Part shown: piece by piece, positions 50,201-61,900 of the stretch
Numbering within the stretch: the stretch's first letter is position 1
Layout of the letters: each line of letters opens with the position of its first letter
NCBI GenBank assembly: GCA_012295275.1
Contig: CM022665.1
Location: forward strand, 30,442,001-30,506,000
Length of the DNA: 64,000 nt
Source: Chrysomallon squamiferum
Taxonomy: Eukaryota; Animalia; Mollusca
Reading direction: 5' to 3'
Notes under the pieces: generated by a model
The model's database searches: none
Seen by the model: only the letters and a program-made list of their open reading frames with translations
Told to the model about the DNA's origin: nothing
Position numbers and translations under genes: made by a program

Positions 50201-53200
50201 TTATTTAATTTAATATATATTTTAATATTTTATAATATTTCTTGGTAATAACATGTGGAGTTATTTGCTTTATTTCTTTCTTTCTTTGTTTTTATTTGAT
50301 ATTTTTGCTGATTTCTTAACAAAATTTACCTTGCATAAATTCCCCATCGTTTTCTCCATCTTTGGGTTCCAAAACCTTCAGTTGTAGAAAGCAGTCTTTC
50401 ATAACCTATAATTTTTACAATATTAGGTATCCCCAGATTTGAAAACTTTTGATTAAAAATGTAGTAATATGTACAATAATAACAAAAGCCATGAGAAAAT
50501 GTAATTATTTTTACTTTCATATAACAATGAAAGCAAATGTATCATCATAATAAAATTATTTATATATAAATAAATAAATAAATAAAAATAAATAAAAATA
50601 AATAAATAAATAAATAAATTCAAACATAAACAAACACTAAAGACTTCATAATTAAAATGTGCTTCCATCTATATTTAACTGAATTGGCCTTTATGATACA
50701 AATATATTAAATAACTGTTGTACACACCTCAAGTTCATTTTCTTTGAAGGCCACAGTTTCCTGCATCTGTTTGAACTCTGTTTCCATTCCCTCCAGTCTT
50801 TCCTTCAGCTCATGTACTCTGAAACATAAATGAAAGTAACAAAACAGTTGCTTGAAATTTGCAAAAATGTTCATGAAATAAAATCTAATTATTAAAAATA
50901 AATACAATTTAAAAAAAAAGAAAAAGATGAGCAGCCAAAAACAAGAATGTTAAATAGATTATAATGCTAATATTTTGTTTAAAAAAAGTGTAAATTTCCT
51001 CTAAAGAATAAAATATTTCATAAAATCAATAAAACTGAATTAATCTCATCTTCACTTTTGAAACTGATTTTCTCAAACTAAACATGCAAGAAATTATTTG
51101 AAGTTTAGAAAAAGGATTTAAAAGGAACTAGGGACAAATATGTATACATACTTTAAATAATAAATCTTCTCAAGGAGTAAAGCCTGGTTTTTGTTTTAAT
51201 TTAAAAAAATATTTTGATACATATTTACTAAAAAACACATTTCTCACCTGTCTTTCCAGTCTTCAGCTTCAGATAAAAGCTAGAAAAACCAAGACAAAGG
51301 AAATGTTTTAACTTGTAGACTTAATGAATGGCATAAAATGAAACATTTTTACTATTCAGAAAAAGGATTTCAAAATTATTTTCAACAAAATGTAACTCAA
51401 AAAAAAAAAAAAAGAAGAAGTAAGAAATACACTGTAAAGAAACACACACACACACACAAAATAGAATAAAATATAATTTTAACAAATCATAAGCAAATAA
51501 TATCATGGGTTCTGTTATTTTTGTTATTATAAGCATAACAATTATTTTATTAATAAAATCAATGGTCAAATTAATAAAGATCAACATGATACAAGTCAAA
51601 GACATTAATAGTAACATCACTTTACATCACTCTACATTTAGAGAAATTCAACATACCAAATTTGTATGCATACCTGTTGTTTTCTTGTTTCTAACATTTT
51701 CACTTGATCACCTAAACTTTGTACATGAGTCTTTAGGTTAGACAGCTCCTCATTCTTTTCCTTAATTTCAGAACTTTTCTAGTAAAAAAGAAGAATTAAA
51801 GACATCTTCAGTAAAATCTGTTTCTAATGGAAAAGAGGCATATAAAATATTTTGTTGCTCAATATTCTTGTTAGCAGCAGCACATTTTAAAAATATTTGA
51901 AAAAAAACAAAAAAGAAAGAAGAAAATATTTTTTTAAAATAAATTATTTTTTGCTGTTTGAAATAGTGCAGTACAATTTGTTGCCTTTAGGACTTCAAAC
52001 TTTCTTTACAAAATTTTAAAAATAAATAAATTAAAAAAATGTTATAGAGAAGCAAATAATTGTTTTACCTTTTGCAATTCTTGTTCAGTTTTTTTAGATT
52101 TTTCCTCCAGTTTTGATAACTGTTTCTGAAGATCCTTAAACTGTCAAAATAAATAAATCAATACAGTATATATGAGAAACAAAACAAAACAAAACAAACA
52201 ATAACACAAAAAACTCCAAAATCAAAAAAAAAACAAATAACTGAATACATGTAACTGTGTCTAACTTTTGTAATCCATAATTTTTTAATTACTTTAAAAT
52301 GGCTTCAAAGAAACAATAAAAAAAAAAAGTCTAGAAATTTATTAAAGGTTATTTTAATCTTAGATTTTTCTTTTGTTCTTCTTAAAGACCAATTAAAGCT
52401 GAAATCAGTTATGTCATATTAAAAACACTTTTTAAGAATACTACTGACAAGAATTACAAAAATATTTTTGTTTTGCAAGATGATATACTGTCTTTTATAG
52501 CCAAATTTCTAAAATCATTTAATTTTAAATTATTACTGTTTGTTTAGAAAATAGTACAGCAGTAGAAGATTTTGTTTTCCTCTACCTAGAATGTTAAGTA
52601 AATTTTAATCACATGAACACATTTTTTTTAGCTCATGGCATATAAATAAATAACCAATATTTCCAATTTAGGTTTACTCTTATGTTTTGTAAAATTTACT
52701 ACATTAGTTATAAAGAGAAGACTATGTAACTTTTCAATTAAATGCAACATAAATATTTTCCAAAATAAATTTATGAATAGGTCAGATCATATCAGCACAA
52801 AACATAAGAAATTTACACTATCTGTAATGACACATTACTAAATTATGAATCAAAATAATTCTTCTTAATAATCTACTTTATGATACAAGTTTAAAAAAAA
52901 AAAAAAAAATTCAATAATTACTTTCTTGTCACTTGACTTGACATTGCCCATTACATCAGCCAACTGTTGTTTGAGTTCTGTTACATGACTTTCTGATGCA
53001 TTCAGCTGTTGTTTCAGTGTTTCATTGTGTAGCTGTAGACAAAATGAGGTACAAAAATTATTTTATCATGTACTGAAGACTTTTTTTAAAAACTAGTTAT
53101 GCACTGTCTATAATATTACACAAAATGAAATGAATGAACACATAATACCATTCTATAAAACATATTGTTCTTCCCTTAATTATTTATAAACGGCTTTATT

Positions 53201-55941
53201 TATAGTTCAAAATCACATGTTTACAGACTATAAAATCCATTTAAGAATAATTGATCATTCAGCAAAATGATATTGTTAATATATTATTATTAATAATAAA
53301 AAAGTGTTGTTTTTTAAGATAATGACCGCTTTTTGTAGAAAATGAAAGAATACGATATGCTGAACAAGCATTATGATCCCAATGTCAATGTTAACTCATT
53401 CAATAATTATTATTAAAGAATATTTAAGTTTTGGGTTGGGTTGGTGTACTTTTTTTTTCTTTTCTTTTAAATCACTTAAAAAAATAATACTTGATATGTG
53501 TGCAGATCTGTTTCCAACTTGGTGGTTGCTGATTTCTGTTTCTGAAATTCTTTTTGTATCTGTGACATCTGAAGAAATAATACATCAATATTTTTAGTAA
53601 TGATTTGATAATGTGACAAGCAATGTTTCAAAGATCTTTAGAGATCTGTACAAGTATGTGGCAAGAATAGCACACCTGGTCATTGCTACATCATTTATTT
53701 TAAAAATATTTAAAATAATATGTTTGGTAATAAGAAACAGCCTAAAATAACTTCCAAGTTGCATTTCATTTGTATTTTAACATCTAATATTTATTATCAA
53801 CAAAGTGTAATAACCAAAATAGTACAGTTCCACAAATATTTACTTCTGTAGTCATGACATCAGTGTATGAAGTCGGGCTGATTTGCTTAAAAATTTCTGT
53901 TAAAGTTATTAGAAAAATACAGCTATCTGCCAACTATGCAATGATGTCAAAACAGCAGAAGTGAAGGAGTGAAATGGTGTAGGTCAAATGTTTTGTATCG
54001 GTATTATTTTGAGGGATTGACAGAATTAACAATAAAATTATAAAGTGTAAATATATAATACATTATTTTATTTAACTGTTTACCTCTTTTTGTTTGTCTC
54101 CTAGTGCATCTTCTAAGTTCTCTTTTTCTTTTGTTGATACAAATAACTTTTCTTCCAGTTCTCTAATAACAACTAATGAAATAAAAATATTAAAAAGAAG
54201 ATTTGGGTTTAATAATTCTTTGTCAAATAATCATACTATCCTGCCCTGGAAATTAAATTACTGGGACCAATAAATTTATGGAAATATTATATCCTTCAAG
54301 AGAGGGTATTTTGTTATATTCAATTAAATCCTTTCCATATCTGTAGCATAAAGTAAATAAAATATATTTTGATATTTTAAAGGCAGATTTATTTATATTG
54401 TTAGATCAGCCACTGCACAACATCATTCCAAAAAACAATTCATGCTACTTAAAAAATTCTGCTCAGAAATAACTTTCTGATAAATGGAAAACTATTCAAA
54501 ACAGACTACTGATTTCCTAAGTTTAGGTAATTTAATTTTTTGGAACATTTTAATTCTTATATACAGGCATACATAATTAAATCACATATGCTAAAGATAG
54601 ATACTTTGATATTTAACTGATTAATAAGTAAAAACAACAGAAATGAATGTTTAAAAATTACTGGTCTTGATAACAAAATTATATTTACAAAAATAAATTT
54701 ACCAAGAGGGTCTTTCTTGTCTGCCCCCTTCTTCCGTCCCTGGAAAAAATAAAGTGTTTTGATAATTAAATATATTGCAATATTAACACACATGTATTAT
54801 TTATAAATGTATCTTGACTCTTTCAATTCTTTATGAGGTTATTATTTCTCTGTTTAAGCATTCAATCACTTGTCTTTCAAACAGTTTATCTATTATGTTG
54901 TAATTTTTGTATATAATCAGAATTAACTGATTCAAATAGCTATTAAATTTCTACGCATTAAATTGTAGAATTAAAATGATATATTATAATGACATGATGG
55001 CTACTGTAATTTCTAGCAAGGTATGAAGTTAGAATATCTATGCTTTATATATCAGTTTTTTCATGCTATTTTCTACTTATCTTAATATAAATAAGCTGTC
55101 ATGTATACATGTCAAATCATCAGGTTAACACCAAAAAAATAAAAATAAAAATGAATAAGGAATTCAAAGAAGGTAGTAGATATTCTGAAATGTAATTTTC
55201 AGTCTCTCCAGGTGCATTAAAACAATAAAATTTGTGTTTGTCACGTGATGAATATTAAAACAAATAAAACTGACATACCCCACAGATACAGCTACAAACA
55301 GCAAACATAATCAAGACAAATGATGTTGCTATGGTCACCAAAACACTCATATGAGGTGACAACCCAAGGGGTTCCTGTTCAAGAATTGACTGAATTGATG
55401 GTGGTAGCTGAAAAGGAAAAAATAGATTTATTTATTTACTTTTTTTTCTCTTCAGTTCTTTAATTTATAATTTGAATTAAAACTGGGGATCAAAATAAGT
55501 GCTCAAAAGTTTTCTTCGGTTATCTGAAACCACAGAAATACATTATTCATCTGAATTATATTTAAAAAGCTGGAATTACTTACTGTAATTATAATTGATA
55601 GTCATTTTGGTTTTTGGATATTGTTTTCTATTTCTGGATTGAAAACATTAAAAAATAATATTTTTTCTATAAAGAATGTTCATCTCATTATTTTGTTGCT
55701 ATGATCATTTTCAAAACTGCACGAGTTGTGTATTGGTTTAATGCATTTCTTTTGAAGAACATGGATATGGGTTTTTTATTCAGAAATCTCTTTCTGTGGT
55801 TTATGGGGATACATGTGACAAAAATAAAAATGTTACAGAATTGAAACTTGATGGAAATAATCCCCTTTTGTTACTATAAAAAATTAGTACTTTAATAATA
55901 TTATAGTAAACCCATTTCATCAACACCTCCAACCCAAAACA

Positions 55942-55972
<31 letters not shown>

Positions 55973-58900
55973 CACACACATATATATGTAATTCAAATTA
56001 CTGAGGTTCATAATATGTTTCTACAAAATAACAAAAAGAAATTAGTCTGTTTACATACCTCAAACGAAATATATATATATATTTTTAATTAATATGTTTT
56101 TCCTTCATATTTTGAAACAATAGTTTAGTGAATTTTTCCAAGATTTTCTTTCTGTCATTTTGTAGTGTTTGTTTCTAGTTATATATATTCTGAATCTGGA
56201 AACTCTAACACAAACAGTTTTCATGCAGCATCTTCCCCAAAATGTTAGGATAGTATGAAAAAAGTTATGTGATAAAAAAAAAAACCCAAAACAAAACAAT
56301 GAAGTTTTATAAACCATATTTCCACTTATTATGTCTATAGCTATGCATTATTATTATGTTATCAATATATATGCATTTCCCTTTGCAGAAAAAACTTGAT
56401 ACATCTGAAAAAGTAAATTTTTTAAACACATTTTATAAATGAAGGTGCCAAAAAATAATAATAAATAATTAAAAAAACCTTTATATTTATTTTAATTTGG
56501 TTATTTTTCACCTACTGTGTCCCCTTAACAGTAATTACTAACCGTGTGAATTAAGAGTCTAATTTTTTCATCCAAGACAGAGCCTGTAGGATCACTGTCC
56601 AGGTTTTCATCATTAATTTTCCTTGTCAGTAGTGAATCTGTTTTGTATGGGTCTGGTGAATCATCCTTTTTTTCAGATTTATCTTCAACAGTTTCTGATT
56701 CTTCTTTAGAATCTTTTGATTGCTGACTTAATGTTGTTGTATCAAGCACTGGAGCTGGAATTTCTGCATTACTATCAGGTATTGGTGTTACCATAGATGG
56801 TTCAGTTGATGGTACATCAGATTTTATTTTGCCTGCATCAGCTTCTTTTATTAAATTGTCTGGAACTGATAAGATACTGATCTTAAAATCACTTGATTAA
56901 TGTTTATAATTATTTCTTTAACTTTATGTAAACATTTATATGGGCACCATTTAAAACAATGCTATCTTCAAGGAAACAGAAATCATAATTTAAAAAAAAA
57001 ATTAAAAAGAAACTATTTATCTTTTACAACAGTAATTAAATAATAGCAGGTATCATATTCACTAAGAAAATTATATTCGGTCTTATAAAAACTTACTTAT
57101 CTCTCCAGAATCAAACTCCAGACCATTTTCGTCTTCCTCGTCTAGTTCAAAGTCATTTTCATTTTCTTGGTTTTCCTTCTTTCTCAAAAATGCCTCCTGT
57201 TTCTGCTGTTGAGTTAGTGCAGGTTGTTGTTGTTTTTGGGGGTTATCTTGATTTATGTCTTTATTCTTCTGTAATATTTGTTGTGCAATATCCTGCTGTT
57301 GTTCCTGGGTATTTTCTTTCCTTTGTCTCAGTGTTTGCTGCGTTATGTCCTGTTGCTGCTGCTCTTGCTGAGATCTTTTCTGCTGTTCCTCTATTTTGCT
57401 GTTTTCATCAGATAACTGGTTCTGTACATTCTCCAGATTCTTCTTTTCTTTCAACTGCTGTTGAGATTCTGCTGCATTGGTTGATGCTGAACCTGGTCCA
57501 ACTGAAAGGGGTTTTCTGTTCACAAAGTCATCACTTTTATACATATCAACTACAGGCTTGGATGTAGTAAGCAAAGACATTTCAGGTTGTCCAGCATTTT
57601 TTACAGATGAGTTTTCTAAATGTTCTGTGTTTGTATCTTTGATAACAGGAGGTATATTATCTACATATTCCTTAGCTGAACTTTGTGCATCTGGAATGCT
57701 GTGCATTATAGTCTCAGTTTTAGAAGGTTTCATGTCGTCAAGATTACTTGAGGCAGGCAGGTTCTGGTATTCATCATCAAAGACTGGTATTGTGCTGCCA
57801 TCAACTACAGTCGATCTAAAATGGGTTGGGTCTCCAATTTTATCTGTAGGAACAGGGGGTATTGATTCTGTTATTGTAGATTTGTCCTGTGATGACTGAA
57901 TCATGTCAAGAGTTGGGGTTGCATCCACATATTTCTGAGATCCTTCAGTAAAAGCCATACTGGTGTCCAAATGAATCTTTGAAGCTGCTAATGGAGTAAA
58001 GTTTATATCTACAGGTTTCAGTGATGGTTCTGTATTTAAAGAATGTGAAGGAGTAATATGTTCGGAGGGAGTATCAACATGCTGTTCTTGATAGTTTACG
58101 TTCAATCCTTTATCAGGAGTTGAGCTTGTTTCTGTAACAGCCTCCTTCATTTCTACAACATCAGCTTTATTCACCTGGTTATCCATTAATTTGTTCTGTT
58201 CTTGTTCAGGTTTTTCTTTATTATTAAACTTCAAATCAAGTATGTTTTCTTTATTTTCTTTGGGTGTATCATCTATTGGCGACATATTTTGTTCTGAAAA
58301 TATGTGGGTCTTTTCTTCTGGTGCATTTTGTTGTTTGTTTGTTTCAGGACTAGCTGAAGTAACAACAGATTCATGCAGGATTTTATTTTCATCCTTTTTC
58401 TCATCAGCTTTTTGTTTCAATTCATCTATATTATCATTTTGTTGAATATGTTCATGTCCAGCTGAAGATGGTTTGCTTTCTGGCACACCGTTGAGAATAT
58501 TTTGCTGATTTAAACTATCTTGCTCTTCTGACCATGGTTGTTTTATGTTCTCTGCAGGTTTAATCTCAGATTTCTGATTATCTTGCTGTTTTCTTTCGGA
58601 TTCTGTTGTAACTTTATTATCTGGCCTTTTGTGAATATCTTGAACTTCAGGAATTATATCTGGCTTATCTTGATCAGGAGAAATTTGTGGGAAGGACTTT
58701 TCTTCATATGTTCCCTTTGTCTCCTGGTCAAAATGCAAGACATCATCTTGTTTTGTTCCTTGGTCAGAAAGTGTTTCTACAGGTTGACCACCTTTCTTCT
58801 GAACTGCATGATAAACATTTTCCTGACCATTAGTAGGCTCTACCACAACTTTTCCGTGGTCTTGTACTGGCTCCGTTTGAACTTTTCCCTGGTCTAGTAA

Positions 58901-61900
58901 TGGCTCGGTCTGAAATTTTCCATTGTCCTCTAATGACTCTGTATGAACTTTTCGCTGGTCTTGTGAGGTTTCAGTTTCAACTTTTATTTGATCATGTAAT
59001 GGCTCTTTCTGATATTGTTTGTTTTCTTGTATTGGCTGCCTTTGATTAGTTTTGTGTTCCTCAAGTGATTCTTTTTTAACATTTTCCTGTTCTTTTGATG
59101 GTTGTTTTATAGCTTCTTCCTCAGATGTTTCTTTTGTTTGGTCAACCATTTCTTCTGTTTTATCATTTCCAAACTTACTGGTCAAAAATGTGTTTAAATC
59201 TAAAACGATAAAAAATTAAATTATTAAACATAATCATAAAATAAATATATAAAAAAATTAAAAAGTATATATAATTTAGAAAAACTATTTTATGCACACA
59301 AACACAACTCATTGCTTTAATTATTATTTGAAAATAAACTATAGAGCTTTAATTATTATCACACCTACAATTTCATATATTTTTTTTTTCAAATTTTTTA
59401 ATTTCCTATATAATTTCTTAAGAAATCAGAATGGAGGCATATAATTAATAATGAAAAGAACCCAATAAAAATTAAAATGAATTATTAAATTAATACTTTT
59501 GGTTCAATGAAATGACTGAGGTATTATCACAGTAAAATATAATCTACATCATGCATGTATCATAGAACTGTAAATATTATTTAGCATATGTCTAACAAAT
59601 GTTATTAAAAACCTAAAGTTAAATCAGAACCAGTTACATACTGACAAGAAAAATAATAGTTATTTTAATTGAAAACAGCAGCTTCTTGTCAAAAACATAT
59701 TTATTAGTCTTATTTTAGTGACCTTACAGTTAATTCTGTAAAATATTGCAATCTACTGTTTGCATGCTATTTAAAAACATTTTTTTTCTTAAAAAACAAT
59801 TATATATTAACATGCTAAAATGTAAAGATAAGTAATAAATATATAAAATATTTAAAAAAATTAAATAAATTAAGAACATGCCAAATTTTGTTATTTTTAT
59901 TACCAACATAAACAAATGACTGTTATTAAACTATATATTATTTTTCAACAGAATCTTAATGTGTACCTTTGATGGTATGTATAAATGGCCTAAATATATT
60001 TTTTATAATTTTATTTCTTTCTAATGACTGGTGTTCAACAATCAAATATGATATTAACATGACAAGGCTGTGGATACTGATATGTTTTTGTTTTTCTTTG
60101 GTGTCATGGTACACAAAAAGAAACATAATCCTCAAAAAAAAGTAGAAAAAAGTCACACCTCCCATAGCATCTGAAAGGCTTTATTATTAGCTTACTGTAC
60201 TGTTTTAGCCATAAATAAAAATATCAGAAATACATATCATTAATTGGTTTATACCACAAAAGGTACACTTTAAGCAGTAACACATTGGTGTACTCCATTT
60301 ACTATAATCTCATGCAGATTTATATGATTGCATAACAAAGTCATAGTAATATATGTGCATCAAATGCTCCAATGCAAATATCAACAAGCAAAGTGGAACA
60401 GATTAAAACAGGTGATTATAGTTCATCAAATAAAAAAACAATCAACTTTAATGGCTGGAGTGGAGATAAAGAAACTATAATTTATAAAAAATTTTCTATT
60501 TATTCCAGCAATAAAAACTGCTTTGTTTTGTTTTATTAATTTTAAATTATTATTATTTATTATATATTATTATTTTTTTAAATTAATATTTTTGTATGAA
60601 CATGAATAAATGAAACAAATATATAGTAAATCTAACAATTACAAATTCAAGTTTTAAAATATTTTGATACTGCTGAAATACACAAATCAATTTAATTTTA
60701 TATATAATTATAGTATCATGTTTCCTAAGGAAACTATACAAGGATTATTCCATGTCATTTCACCCCATGATTATAACCTGACTGATTCCAATTCTGGTAA
60801 AAATTAATAATCATGTTTGTTTTGTTATCAAACAGCTAAATATAAAATTTTCAATACTTTTGGAAATATGGCCATGAAAATTTGACATTTTCAGTTAAAA
60901 TGGCTATTGCCACCAATATATAGATCCCAGTGTTTAAGGAAACGTTGAGCCAATATTCACAGTGTTGTTGTTGGTGGAAATGAAATTCCACAAGTGATAA
61001 TGTTTTGTTGTTTTGTGTATTTTTACAATTTTCTTAAAAGCTTACTTTTTCTTTCAAATAATTTCAAAGTTTACCAGTTTTGAATAGTTTCCAATATTAC
61101 TGTTAGTATAATATAACAGTTGAAAAGTCACTTTAAGAGAAATATTTAGTCTAGACAATAATGTTTAAAACAAGCATTTGCTCCACAGCACTCAGTACAT
61201 CTTGTATCCAGATATATGAATGTTGCAGTAATTGTTTTAAAAAGAAAACTTTGTGGAGATTATTTTGATGAAAACTACATATTGATATTTTTAACTTGTA
61301 GAATCAAAATTATTTCTTCTGACTGGTTTCACTGCAAATGACCATGCAGAAATTCACAATAATTATCTAAGCATTAACAACAGCACCTGTTATCTAAAAA
61401 AATCAGTATAATTTGGTTCAGGTTCTATAAATAATTTTGGACACAGGCTGTTATATTTTAAATGTAATATAACATGTATTAGTTAGTAAAACATTACTGC
61501 ATGCATAAAGGTATTAGTTTAGTTAAATGTTACATCCAGATTTTGGCTCTACCTGATATATCATCACGTTTAATATTTTCATTTGGTAAATCAGGAATAC
61601 CCAGTAAATTCTGATCAATTTCTCTTAATGATAAATAACGATCATCAACTGAAATATATAATGTTATCTATTCAACAACAACCAAAAAAAAAATAATAAA
61701 AAATAAAAACATTAAAAATTAAAACCAAAAAAATTAAAATCATTGCAAAAAACTAACTATCTCATGAATGATTAAAATAATAATTATACATCATTTTATA
61801 AAACTCTAAGTTAACCTTTATTATTGTTTCTTTCAACATTATAGTAATTTCCTAAGTGTATCACTAAAGTTGTTAGTATTTACACTGCCAAGAGACTGAA

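Noticed and set aside
57190-58897. Plus-strand ORFs of 84-140 aa
   Set aside because: Antisense shadows of the giant TANGO1 exon, with no recognisable protein features
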